This document shows, piece by piece, positions 8,595-17,155 of a stretch of 64,000 bases of DNA. The stretch is from positions 3,413-67,412 of the forward strand of contig JAZDNO010000006.1 of the NCBI GenBank assembly GCA_043799545.1, in the 5' to 3' direction. The first letter of the stretch is position 1. Each line of letters starts with the position of its first letter. The notes under the pieces were generated by a model. It was not told the origin of the DNA and did not search any database. It worked only from the letters and a program-made list of their open reading frames with translations. A program made the position numbers and the translations under genes. The DNA is from Methanobacteriota archaeon. Lineage in GTDB: Archaea; Thermoplasmatota; Thermoplasmata; SG8-5; DAIRED01.

Positions 8595-9830
8595 TCACTC
8601 GGAAAGTATGCCGTACCCAATGAGGCGCCACTTGCCGGCTATCTTGCGGCTTATGGCCACGCGCTGGCCTTTCTCCGCGCAAACCGGAATCTTGAGGGCG
8701 ACATCCGCGCTCTCGCCCCTGGCGCTCGTGACCATGCCGACCGTGTTCGTGGTTCCGACGCTTAGCATGAGCGGCTCGCTGCTCTTCAGCGCCTCGACGG
8801 CGATGTCCTTGGCGTAGCCGACCACGCGCTCGAGAAGCTTGATGTCCATCGAAAGCTTCGAAAGGACCGGAGGAAGCGTGCCCGGGCGGCCCACGACCTT
8901 TCCAATCATGGAATCGGACTTGGTGAGGTACGGGTCGAGGAGAGTGCCGATGGCTATGAGCCCTCCGGGACGAATTTCATCCATCTGGGTGCCACCGGAG
9001 AAAAGGCTGGTAATCTCCGTGACAACGGGCTCGAGCCTAATCTTCCCCTTGTCTTCCACCCTTCTGCCCGGAGCTATCTCTATCTCGTCTCCAATCTTGA
9101 GCTTGCCTGACAGCAGCGTGCCTCCGAGGACCCCGCCGACCAGCTCGTCCAGCTTCTTGCCGGGCGGGTTGATGTCGAAGGAACGGGCGACGAACATCCG
9201 AGCGGGTTTACCATGCTCGATGGCCTGGGTGGGGATGTGCATCTCGATTGCTTCGATCAAAACATCGATGTTCGCCTCCTGGTGCGCGCAAACGGGGACT
9301 ATCGGCGAATTCTCCGCTATCGTCCCTTTTGTAAAGGCCTTAATCTCCGCGTAATTCTCGCGGGCCCGTGCTTCGTCGACGATGTCGATTTTGTTCTGGA
9401 CTATGACTATCTTCTCGACACCGCTGATTGTGAGCGCCATTAGGTGCTCCTTTGTCTGGGGCTGGGGGCACTTCTCGTTCGCCGCGATGAGCAGCAGAGC
9501 GCCGTTCATCATGGCAGCGCCGGAAAGCATCGTCGCCATCAGCGTCTCGTGGCCGGGGGCATCGACGAAAGAAACCGTCCTTAGCAGGGCGGCCTCACCG
9601 CCGCATGTGGAACATTTTGGCATATTGTTGTAGGCTTCAGCCCCCTGGCATCTGGGGCATTTGTAGAACGCCGCATCGGCGTAACCTAATTTGATGGATA
9701 TACCGCGCTTTATCTCTTCCGAATGCCTGTCGGTCCACTCGCCTGTCAGGGTCTTGGTGAGGGTCGTCTTTCCGTGGTCAACGTGGCCAATCATGCCGAT
9801 GTTGACTTCCGGTTGACGTGGAACCTTCAT
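8595..9830 (-). CDS. eif2g: translation initiation factor aIF2 gamma subunit
   Basis: G1 motif GHVDHGKTTL, zinc ribbon CPRCQ...CSTCGG, and EF-Tu-like domains II and III. Confidence 0.92.
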   Translation of the reverse strand: MKVPRQPEVNIGMIGHVDHGKTTLTKTLTGEWTDRHSEEIKRGISIKLGYADAAFYKCPRCQGAEAYNNMPKCSTCGGEAALLRTVSFVDAPGHETLMATMLSGAAMMNGALLLIAANEKCPQPQTKEHLMALTISGVEKIVIVQNKIDIVDEARARENYAEIKAFTKGTIAENSPIVPVCAHQEANIDVLIEAIEMHIPTQAIEHGKPARMFVARSFDINPPGKKLDELVGGVLGGTLLSGKLKIGDEIEIAPGRRVEDKGKIRLEPVVTEITSLFSGGTQMDEIRPGGLIAIGTLLDPYLTKSDSMIGKVVGRPGTLPPVLSKLSMDIKLLERVVGYAKDIAVEALKSSEPLMLSVGTTNTVGMVTSARGESADVALKIPVCAEKGQRVAISRKIAGKWRLIGYGILSE

Positions 9831-9853
9831 AAATCATCAATCGCCCGGCGGGC

Positions 9854-10258
9854 CTACTTCGCCTCGCCTTCCGCTGCTTTCGGGGGGAATATTTCCTTGA
9901 CTGCCCTGGGGCCGTACTGGATAATCTTCATGTTGAGCTGGATGGTGTCGGGAGAGACGGTGTTTCCCCGGAAGTTCTTCCTCTTGCGGGTGCCCTTCCT
10001 CTCGGGGTGGAAGCCGGTGCTTTCGGCCGTCAGAATCATCTTTCGCCTTGGACCGGGAAGGTCGCTACGCATGGGGACTCCGTCCTTGTCCGAGCCGCCC
10101 GATATCTGGAGCTTGTAACCAGGCATCTCCACAAAAATCCCGTCAATCTTGTCCCCGATTTTCTTGCCGACCAGCGAGTTCGCTAAGTTGCCGCCGACGA
10201 CCTTCTGGTACGTCATCCCCGTTTTGGGGTCCGATATCACGGCTCTGAATTCAGCCAT
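9854..10258 (-). CDS. rps6e: 30S ribosomal protein S6e
   Basis: MAEFRAVISDPKTGMTYQK...GFHPERKGTRKRK, typical of S6e. Confidence 0.9.
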   Translation of the reverse strand: MAEFRAVISDPKTGMTYQKVVGGNLANSLVGKKIGDKIDGIFVEMPGYKLQISGGSDKDGVPMRSDLPGPRRKMILTAESTGFHPERKGTRKRKNFRGNTVSPDTIQLNMKIIQYGPRAVKEIFPPKAAEGEAK

Positions 10259-10333
10259 CTGTCATCACCATTTTCAGCGAGTTCACCTCAATCTTCTTCT
10301 CCCATATAAATGTTGAGTAATGCGCCCAGGCGC

Positions 10334-12082
10334 TTACTTCCCCCAGAACTTCTTCTCCTTGGCCTTGATGGCGAAGATTCGCTCGAGCACGTCCCGCTCG
10401 TCCTGGTTCAGGCCCATTGTCGACAGGCAGCGCGCGTCTCCCTCCGGGATATCCACGTACAGCACGTCGCCGACGTTTATCTGGCGCCCGACCGTTGGTC
10501 CCTCGATTGCGAGGGCGACCTCCTTCCCCTGTATTGTCTCCCCGACCGTTTCCTCTCCGCTCCTTATGCTCTTTATCCGCCCGATTTCTAGGCCGTCCTC
10601 CCGGATGAGTTTTTGTCCCGCTTTGATCCGCCCAGCAAGCACGCGCACGCCAACAATGGCGGGCTTCGACGCCCTGAAGACGCAATCCGGCAGCAGCAGG
10701 ACTTTGCCGGGGTAGCATAGTTCGGACCTCGAAGAAGACTCCAGCTCGCATTTCTTCTTTGCCAACCAGGCCTTGTAATCGTCCAGCAGCCGATAGATGA
10801 TGTTGCTCGAGATGAAGTCGAGCTTCTGAGCCTCCAGCTCATCCTTCGCCTCCGGGATGACGCTGACGTTGAAGCCGAGGAGGACGCGCCTTGTGGGGTC
10901 GTTTATCGTTGCGGCGTCCACGACGTCCCTCCTGGTCACGTCGCCCACGTCCGCCCGTTTAATCAGTATGCCAGCCTGCTTCGCCTCGAATGCGAGCGCC
11001 TCAAGGGAGCCGATTGCGTCTGCCTTGATGATTATCCCATCGTCGGATGTTTCGATCGATATGGCGCTCTCCTCCGCCACTTCCTCTATTACTCGGGACG
11101 GGTCGTCGCCAAGCACGCGGATGGGTGCGCCCGCGACGACTCCTTCGGAATCCTGGCATACCACCTTGATTCCCGAAGCGGCAGTGACCTCGCTCATAAG
11201 GTCGAACCTCTCGCGGGGATCGCGTATTTCGTCGAGGGCCTTGGGTTTGAGTATCGCCTTGATTTTGGTCACCTTCGGCTGGCTTCGCGTGCCGAGGGCA
11301 ACCATGTCCCCGACCCTGAGCTTGCCTTTGAAAAGGATGACATCCACGGTCGTGCCGAGGCCCCTCTCCTCCTTCACTTCGAGTATCGTACCCTCACCGG
11401 GGCCGTCCTCCTTCTGGAGCTGCTCGTCCAGGAATCGTTGAGCCAGGCCGACGAGCATCATGAGGAGGTCGGCTATCCCGAGATTCGCTTTGGCGCTGGC
11501 CGGTATCAATGCCACGGTCTTGGTGAAATCCGTGATTCGGTCGTACCTGTCAGCTGAGAATCCCTGCTCGTAGAGCTTGCCGGCGATATTGTAGATTCGC
11601 TGGTCCAGCGCGTCATTGACCGTGGTCGATTGCTCCTTGAGCGCGGCCTGCAGGTCCAGATTCAGAACCTTTCTCCAGCCTGGAATGAGGTCTATTTTGT
11701 TGAGGACAATGACGAAGGGGGTCTTGTACTGCTTGAGAATTCGGATAGATTCGATTGTCTGGGGCTTCGGGCCCTCGTTCACGTCTATTACCAACACCGC
11801 TATGTCTGCCAGCGAACCTCCCCGGTTTCGCATGGCTATGAAAGACTGGTGGCCGGGGGTGTCGATGAAGAGCAGCCCTGGTGCGACGAAGGATTTCCCT
11901 TTCAGCAGCTCCCCGCATATTTCGTGCACCACCTTGATTGGAACCTCGGTGGCGCCGATGTGCTGCGTTATTCCGCCCGCCTCCCTGGCGGCGACGGTGC
12001 TGCCCCTGACTGCATCCAGCAGGGTGGTCTTGCCGTGGTCGACATGACCTAGAACGCTGACTATGGGCTGGCGTATTGCCAT
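10334..12082 (-). CDS. infB: translation initiation factor aIF5B (IF2 homologue)
   Basis: G domain IVSVLGHVDHGKTTLLD, DTPGH and NKID motifs. Start re-set to MAIRQPIV at 12082; the longest ORF from 12160 adds 26 unlikely residues. Confidence 0.9.
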   Translation of the reverse strand: MAIRQPIVSVLGHVDHGKTTLLDAVRGSTVAAREAGGITQHIGATEVPIKVVHEICGELLKGKSFVAPGLLFIDTPGHQSFIAMRNRGGSLADIAVLVIDVNEGPKPQTIESIRILKQYKTPFVIVLNKIDLIPGWRKVLNLDLQAALKEQSTTVNDALDQRIYNIAGKLYEQGFSADRYDRITDFTKTVALIPASAKANLGIADLLMMLVGLAQRFLDEQLQKEDGPGEGTILEVKEERGLGTTVDVILFKGKLRVGDMVALGTRSQPKVTKIKAILKPKALDEIRDPRERFDLMSEVTAASGIKVVCQDSEGVVAGAPIRVLGDDPSRVIEEVAEESAISIETSDDGIIIKADAIGSLEALAFEAKQAGILIKRADVGDVTRRDVVDAATINDPTRRVLLGFNVSVIPEAKDELEAQKLDFISSNIIYRLLDDYKAWLAKKKCELESSSRSELCYPGKVLLLPDCVFRASKPAIVGVRVLAGRIKAGQKLIREDGLEIGRIKSIRSGEETVGETIQGKEVALAIEGPTVGRQINVGDVLYVDIPEGDARCLSTMGLNQDERDVLERIFAIKAKEKKFWGK

Positions 12083-12181
12083 GTTGTCCGGCTGCCTTGA
12101 AGTGCTGAGTGTATAAAAAAGTGGCGAGAATTTATATACAATCAAACAATTCCCGGACACCAGTGAGGGAAGTGAGATAAG

Positions 12182-12616
12182 ATGGGCCGAAACGGTATCA
12201 ACCCAAAACGCAGATGGAACAAACGCGGCGCGATTGAGGGACTGCCTTTGCAGCTTATAATCATGGTGGTCATAGCAGGGATTGCGATTGTGATAATCCT
12301 GTCGTGGCTCCAGCCGTGGAAGAACAAGGTGGACTTGCAGTCCGTAAGCGCCTCCCCGGGCACCGTCGCCCGCGGCGTGGCGACCCAGGTCACGGTGACC
12401 GCATGGGACACCAAGGACAACAAACTTTCAGGCGTGGTGGTGGTCCTCGATGGCGCCGGGGTGCATGCGAGCGGAACGACCGATAGTACCGGCACCGTGA
12501 AATTTACAATCACTCCGTCTCTCCCGCCGGGAACATCGAGTGGACAGGTCAGCATCACCGCCACATACACGGGCTCGATAACGGTAGAGAAGACTAACCT
12601 GATAGTCGTCACATGA
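12182..12616 (+). CDS. pilin-like N-terminally anchored protein; possible class III signal KRG|AIEGLPLQLII
   Basis: Basic N-terminus, then KRGAIEGLPLQLIIMVVIAGIAIVII hydrophobic helix, then a Thr/Ser/Val-rich beta-type domain. Confidence 0.45.
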   Translation: MGRNGINPKRRWNKRGAIEGLPLQLIIMVVIAGIAIVIILSWLQPWKNKVDLQSVSASPGTVARGVATQVTVTAWDTKDNKLSGVVVVLDGAGVHASGTTDSTGTVKFTITPSLPPGTSSGQVSITATYTGSITVEKTNLIVVT

Positions 12617-13089
12617 GAATTCGGCCGGAGAGCGGCGGTCTGGAAGGGCTTCCGCTCAAGATAGCGATAGTCGCTGTGGTAGTGGCGATTTCGTCCCCCA
12701 TAATCTACGGCAGTTTGCGTACATACGAAATGGCAAAACTCGAAGGCCAGATGGACACGGAAGCGAGCGCGATAGCCGAATTGGCGAAGCTGCTGTACGT
12801 CGGCGGCCCTGGGAATGTCCAGCAATTAATCGTCAACCTGCGTGGAGGAGTTACCGCAAGCGCAGACTACATGCTCGTCGGCGATACGCCGGATGGGGCA
12901 TACGAATCGTGCATCCGATACCGGGTAAAGGGGCTTGCAGAAAGGACATTACTCGTCGAAAGCCCGAACGTTCCCTTATACGGAGCCGGGGGCACGTCTT
13001 TTAAGATGCTGGAAGGAAAGCACGTCCTTGTGCTGGAATGCAAAGGCGGGGTCGCAGGCCAGTACATCGAAGTGAGATATGCGCAATAG
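12613..13089 (+). CDS. paralogue of the preceding pilin-like protein; shares the EGLPL-hydrophobic N-terminus
   Basis: N-terminus GGLEGLPLKIAIVAVVVAI aligns with AIEGLPLQLIIMVVIAG of the upstream gene. Overlaps it by 4 nt. Confidence 0.45.
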   Translation: MRIRPESGGLEGLPLKIAIVAVVVAISSPIIYGSLRTYEMAKLEGQMDTEASAIAELAKLLYVGGPGNVQQLIVNLRGGVTASADYMLVGDTPDGAYESCIRYRVKGLAERTLLVESPNVPLYGAGGTSFKMLEGKHVLVLECKGGVAGQYIEVRYAQ

Positions 13090-13130
13090 TCGGCAAACAT
13101 TTAATATCAGTTGCCCATTGAGCCCATCGT

Positions 13131-13241
13131 CCCGACTTAGCTCAGCCTGGCTGGAGCGGCTGACTGTAGTAGGATTACCGGTTCGCCGGCATCGCCGCCG
13201 AAATCAGCAGGTCCCCAGTTCAAATCTGGGAGTCGGGACCA
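13131..13241 (+). tRNA. tRNA-Tyr(GTA) with a 33-nt intron (13170..13202) after position 37; CCA encoded
   Basis: Manual fold. Acceptor CCCGACT/AGTCGGG. D-arm GCTC/GAGC. Anticodon stem GCTGA/TCAGC with loop CTGTAG[intron]A. T-arm CCCAG-TTCAAAT-CTGGG. Discriminator A plus CCA. Confidence 0.8.
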
Positions 13242-13311
13242 TATTTTATTTGACAACGAGACTCCCAGAGAGGACTACTTAGGCATCTGAATCCGTCGTG
13301 GAAGTAGACCG

Positions 13312-13330
13312 AATCTGGGAGTCGGGACCA
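13312..13330 (+). repeat. 19-nt direct repeat of the tRNA-Tyr 3' end, AATCTGGGAGTCGGGACCA, 89 nt downstream of the original
   Basis: Exact copy of 13223..13241. An upstream segment GACTCCCAGA is its reverse complement, giving a long hairpin. Confidence 0.8.
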
Positions 13331-13488
13331 TTTTTTCTTATCTGTATCCAAACAAATCCAAGAAAAAAAGGTAGGACTAGCGGTCTCCGGCAATTACTCA
13401 GCAAGGAGCTAGTCCGAACCATCAAACATCGTCAAAGTAATCACAATCCTTCGACTCCCTTTTTATATCCCTCTCCCGATTTCCCACC

Positions 13489-14634
13489 GTGCCCACAACA
13501 AAAGCCGAAGAGGGGTTGAAGAGCGCCCGGGAGGCCTTCGAGCGCCGTGCGTACGACGCTGCCATGGCGCATTGTAGGAGCGCCTTGAATTATGTGGATA
13601 CCGAAGCGAAGGGCTCGGTGGCGCAGAGGCAGCGCGCTGGAATCCTGCTGCTGCTTTCCGAAATAACAGACATCACGGGCCAGTGGGTCGACTCCCTGCT
13701 GTACCTCGACGGCGTGACGCAGATATCCGCGGCTCTGAGCGACACCAAACTCGCGGTGGAATCGCTAATCCGGGCTGGCAAGATAATCTCCAAGAAGGGC
13801 AAGTGGGAGGACGCGCTGAAGAGGTTCGAGCGCGCCGAGCAGCTGTCGCGCAAGCAGGGCATTCACAAATTACTCGGAAAGGCGTTGATAGGGAAGGGCA
13901 CGATACTGTGGCGCCAGGGCCAGCACGCGGACGCGGCCCGCGAGGCCGAATCGGCTGCGAAGATTGGGGAGAACATCGGCGACCTCCAGATACAGGGCGG
14001 CGCTCACGCGCTGATGGCGAGCGTGAGGTTCGACCAAGGCAACTATGCCGCGTCAATCGATGCCAACGAAAGGGCGCTCAAACTTTTTGAAGCAACGAAA
14101 GACGCGTACGAGACGGCTCGGGTGCTGAACAACCTGGGTGAGACATATAGGGCCGTAGGCAATCTTCCAGAGGCCGTGAAACGCCTCGAAACCTGCCTTA
14201 GAATTTCGGAAGAATCGGATAACAAGCGCAACGCGGGTTATGCGCTCATGAACATCGCGGAATGCAAGGTCCGGCTGGACGATCCCTCGGGCGCCAAGGC
14301 TGCCGCGGTCAAGGCCGATGCGATATTCTCCGCGCTGGAGGATAGGTACGCGCAGGCCAACATCTCGATGGTCTGGGGAATGATACATTCGGCCAGGCGG
14401 GAAGACAAGAACGCGCGCTCTTGCTTCGACAAGGCCTTGGAAACGATGTCCGTGCTGGCCATACCTTACGATATGGGGATAATCCAGCTGGAATACGGAA
14501 AGTTCCTTTCGCGCGCGACATCCTTGGACGAAGGGCGGGTGATGCTCAAGCGAGCGGTGCTCTCGTTTGAGCTGGCCGGAGCCAAAGAGATGATGGCTCG
14601 CGCCAAGAAGGAGATGGATGCTCCGGGGGCTTAA
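13489..14634 (+). CDS. tetratricopeptide-repeat (TPR) protein
   Basis: Multiple 34-aa TPR-like units with the A/L/G/Y/N pattern across 381 aa. Confidence 0.65.
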   Translation: MPTTKAEEGLKSAREAFERRAYDAAMAHCRSALNYVDTEAKGSVAQRQRAGILLLLSEITDITGQWVDSLLYLDGVTQISAALSDTKLAVESLIRAGKIISKKGKWEDALKRFERAEQLSRKQGIHKLLGKALIGKGTILWRQGQHADAAREAESAAKIGENIGDLQIQGGAHALMASVRFDQGNYAASIDANERALKLFEATKDAYETARVLNNLGETYRAVGNLPEAVKRLETCLRISEESDNKRNAGYALMNIAECKVRLDDPSGAKAAAVKADAIFSALEDRYAQANISMVWGMIHSARREDKNARSCFDKALETMSVLAIPYDMGIIQLEYGKFLSRATSLDEGRVMLKRAVLSFELAGAKEMMARAKKEMDAPGA

Positions 14635-15206
14635 TGGAAAAGCCCCAAAGCCCTGCGCCTGGCTCGCGAAACGACTTCGTCATGGAGGTTCTTTCCGGTC
14701 GAATCGATTGCCACGACTAAGGGTCCGAACCTTTCGACATCCAGTTCCCACACGGCTTCGGCGCTTCCGAGATCGTTCCAGAACGGCCCCTTTGCCGATA
14801 CGACCATGGACGATGCCAGCGCCGCCGTGCCGCCGGTCATCGACAGGTAGGGGCAGCCGAGCCCGACCATCGCCGAAACGGCCTTTCCAGACAATCCCCC
14901 CTTACCAATTATCGCCGACGGCCTTACGGTTTTCAAAAATCGTTGCAAAGTCTCTTCCATCCTGTTGCTCGTCGTCGGGCCAGCAGCGATGACCTGCGAG
15001 GTATTTCCCCGTTTGCGGATTATGGGTCCGCAATGGTATATCGCACCGCCGCGAAACTCTTCGGGCAAGCCATCCAATCCACAGTCGACAACCCGCTTGT
15101 GCGCCAGGTCCCGCGCCGTGTAAATTTTACCGGTCAGCGTCACCAGCTGGCCCGCGCGCAACCTTTTTGCTAAAGGACGGGGAATAGGGGTTTCAATTAC
15201 TAGCAT
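14631..15206 (-). CDS. class I fumarate hydratase / Fe-S hydro-lyase, beta subunit
   Basis: Typical beta-subunit sequence LVTLTGKIYTARD...GKGG...AVWELDVERFGPLVVAID. Start set at MLVIETPI; the longest ORF overlaps the alpha-subunit gene. Confidence 0.8.
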   Translation of the reverse strand: MLVIETPIPRPLAKRLRAGQLVTLTGKIYTARDLAHKRVVDCGLDGLPEEFRGGAIYHCGPIIRKRGNTSQVIAAGPTTSNRMEETLQRFLKTVRPSAIIGKGGLSGKAVSAMVGLGCPYLSMTGGTAALASSMVVSAKGPFWNDLGSAEAVWELDVERFGPLVVAIDSTGKNLHDEVVSRARRRALGLFH

Positions 15207-16095
15207 TGGTCGCTCTCCTCGTCGAGTATTTCGTTCGTCCGTTGGCGTCCATCGATAGGAACGCCCCCCGCGCCGCCCAGCATTGCAGGTTGATTGCCAC
15301 TGGCAGGCTGGCGGTGTGGCAAGCCGCGTATTCGATGTGCACATCCAGCGCCGTGGTCTTCCCCCCCAGCCCCATTGGTCCGATGCCCAGCGCGTTCACG
15401 TCCTTCAGAATTGCCTGTTCAAGGAGCGATATCTCGCGCTCGGGGTGGCGATGGCCCACTGCTCTCATGTGGGATTTTTTTGCCAGAAGCCCGGCGCGGG
15501 ACATCGTGCTGCCAATGCCCACGCCGATTATGGTCGGCGGGCAGGTTTTTCCTCCGGCTCCAAGGACTGTTTCCACTACCGCTTGACGGAGGGCTTTTTT
15601 TGGATTGGTCAGGGGGAGATTGAAGTAGCGGCTGGTGTTTTCCGAGCCGGCCCCCTTCGGCATATAGTACATCTCCAACAGGTCGCTCTCTGAGGGTATC
15701 CAGTGTATTTCCGGCACGCCTGCACCTATGTTATCTCCCCGATTTTCACGGGTGATGGGGTGCACGACGCTGGGCCGCAAAGGAACGGAGTTTGTCGCAG
15801 CGCGAACCCCGTCAACGATTCCAGACCGGACGCTTTCATCAAAGCGATTGCACCAAACGAAGAATATCGGAACTCCAGTATCCTGACAGATTGGGATGCC
15901 AAGCTTTTCTGAAAGACCGATGCTCTTCAACACCGCATCGAGTTGCGCCTTTGCCAGTCCAGATTCTTTGCGTCTTGCCGAAGCGATGGCGCTCCTGACA
16001 TCTTCTGGCAGCTCGGTCACGCCCTTTCGCATCAGTTCCTGGACCGCGCGAACGAGCGTCGAATGGTCGAACATCGCCGTTGAGTATCCGCGCAT
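15193..16095 (-). CDS. class I fumarate hydratase / tartrate dehydratase-type Fe-S hydro-lyase, alpha subunit
   Basis: CQDTGVPIFF and downstream motifs characteristic of the FumA N-terminal / TtdA family. Confidence 0.8.
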   Translation of the reverse strand: MRGYSTAMFDHSTLVRAVQELMRKGVTELPEDVRSAIASARRKESGLAKAQLDAVLKSIGLSEKLGIPICQDTGVPIFFVWCNRFDESVRSGIVDGVRAATNSVPLRPSVVHPITRENRGDNIGAGVPEIHWIPSESDLLEMYYMPKGAGSENTSRYFNLPLTNPKKALRQAVVETVLGAGGKTCPPTIIGVGIGSTMSRAGLLAKKSHMRAVGHRHPEREISLLEQAILKDVNALGIGPMGLGGKTTALDVHIEYAACHTASLPVAINLQCWAARGAFLSMDANGRTKYSTRRATNASN

Positions 16096-16111
16096 CCTTA
16101 GAAAAAGGTTA

Positions 16112-16681
16112 TCACGGCACGAAGACCGCAGCGGAAACCACGGTCGTCCAGAGGCCGTGCTTGTCGCAGATGGTGCTCTGGGTTATGTTCGAGGTCTTGA
16201 TGATGCGGCCATCGATTTTGAATATCTCCTTTTTTGCATCGTAATGCTCGTCGAGGTCGAACTCAATTCCATAAGTCGAAGATAGCATCTGTGCGGCCAG
16301 GTCTTCCGCATAATCGCCGTTGCTCTTCTCCGTCTGCCCGAAGGAGTGGTGCTCGCTCAGGTAGCCGTAGTGCTTCTCGTCGGCCGGAATCGCCACGCCG
16401 ATGGATGCGGCCATGAGGCGGTTGGCCTCGTTCGAGCTGTTCTCGGCCAGGACGACAAAGACAATCTGTCCCGGGCTCAGCATCGAGAGCCCCTTGCTCT
16501 TGGGGAGGGTCTTGCAACCGGGCGGGAAGATGCTAGACACGCGCACGAGGTTGAATTTTTCGATACCCGCATCTCGTAACGCCACCTCGAAGCTGCTCAA
16601 TTTCTCCTTGTGCTTGCCGACACCTTTTGTGAAAAACAGGTATCTGGGCACGAAACTCGGACCGAAGGGCTCTTCAGGCAT
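16112..16681 (-). CDS. pdaD: pyruvoyl-dependent arginine decarboxylase
   Basis: FFTKGVGKH and [11 protein letters not shown] serinolysis-site region typical of PdaD. Confidence 0.8.
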   Translation of the reverse strand: MPEEPFGPSFVPRYLFFTKGVGKHKEKLSSFEVALRDAGIEKFNLVRVSSIFPPGCKTLPKSKGLSMLSPGQIVFVVLAENSSNEANRLMAASIGVAIPADEKHYGYLSEHHSFGQTEKSNGDYAEDLAAQMLSSTYGIEFDLDEHYDAKKEIFKIDGRIIKTSNITQSTICDKHGLWTTVVSAAVFVP

Positions 16682-16745
16682 GGAGCCGGCGATTGTTTTT
16701 CAGTATTTAAGATTATGCGAATTGTTATCGCGTGGGGCGAGGCCA

Positions 16746-16931
16746 TCCGACCCGCAACAGGATTCAATAGGAAACGGTATTGTACGTGCCAGAGGGCGCA
16801 AAATGATGACGATTGCTCAGACGATGGCGACGGAACCGCAATCGTCGGTTGTGACGATTCTACACATCTTATCGGATGAAATCGAATCGTCCAACCCGCA
16901 ACAATCTTTAATACAAAAACGGTATTGGTCG
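16746..16931 (+). repeat. two ~38-nt direct repeats (ACCCGCAACA-N6-AATA-N3-AAACGGTATTG) at 16746..16784 and 16893..16931
   Basis: The second copy places its AATA/TTTAATACA element ~26 nt upstream of tRNA-Ser (promoter-like). The first copy lies 147 nt upstream and could drive a small transcript. Confidence 0.45.
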
Positions 16932-16937
16932 TTTGTT

Positions 16938-17023
16938 GCGGGGATAGCCCAGCCCGGTAAGGCGCAGGATTGCTAATCCTGTGCTCTTTGAGCCCGGGGG
17001 TTCAAATCCCCCTCCCCGCGCCA
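16938..17023 (+). tRNA. tRNA-Ser(GCT) with long variable arm; CCA encoded
   Basis: Acceptor GCGGGGA/TCCCCGC. Anticodon arm CAGGA-TTGCTAA-TCCTG. Variable arm TGCTCTTTGAGC. T-arm GGGGG-TTCAAAT-CCCCC. Discriminator G plus CCA. Confidence 0.85.
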
Positions 17024-17116
17024 TAATTTTTATTTGGGAACGGGATTTGTACCGGAGGTTCACGAGCTACGCGGAGGCGCAGCGAGCAGGACGAGGCACG
17101 AAGTGGCTCGTCCGGG

Positions 17117-17133
17117 AATCCCCCTCCCCGCGC
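17117..17133 (+). repeat. 17-nt direct repeat of the tRNA-Ser 3' end, AATCCCCCTCCCCGCGC, 112 nt downstream of the original
   Basis: Exact copy of 17005..17021. Confidence 0.8.
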
Positions 17134-17155
17134 TCATGTGAAGCGCTCCTCCGTT

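Noticed and set aside
16790-16892. C/D-box sRNA between the duplicated promoter elements upstream of tRNA-Ser
   Set aside because: AUGAUGA is present, but no convincing CUGA D box at the right spacing or terminal stem. It is kept only as a possible small transcript in the findings.
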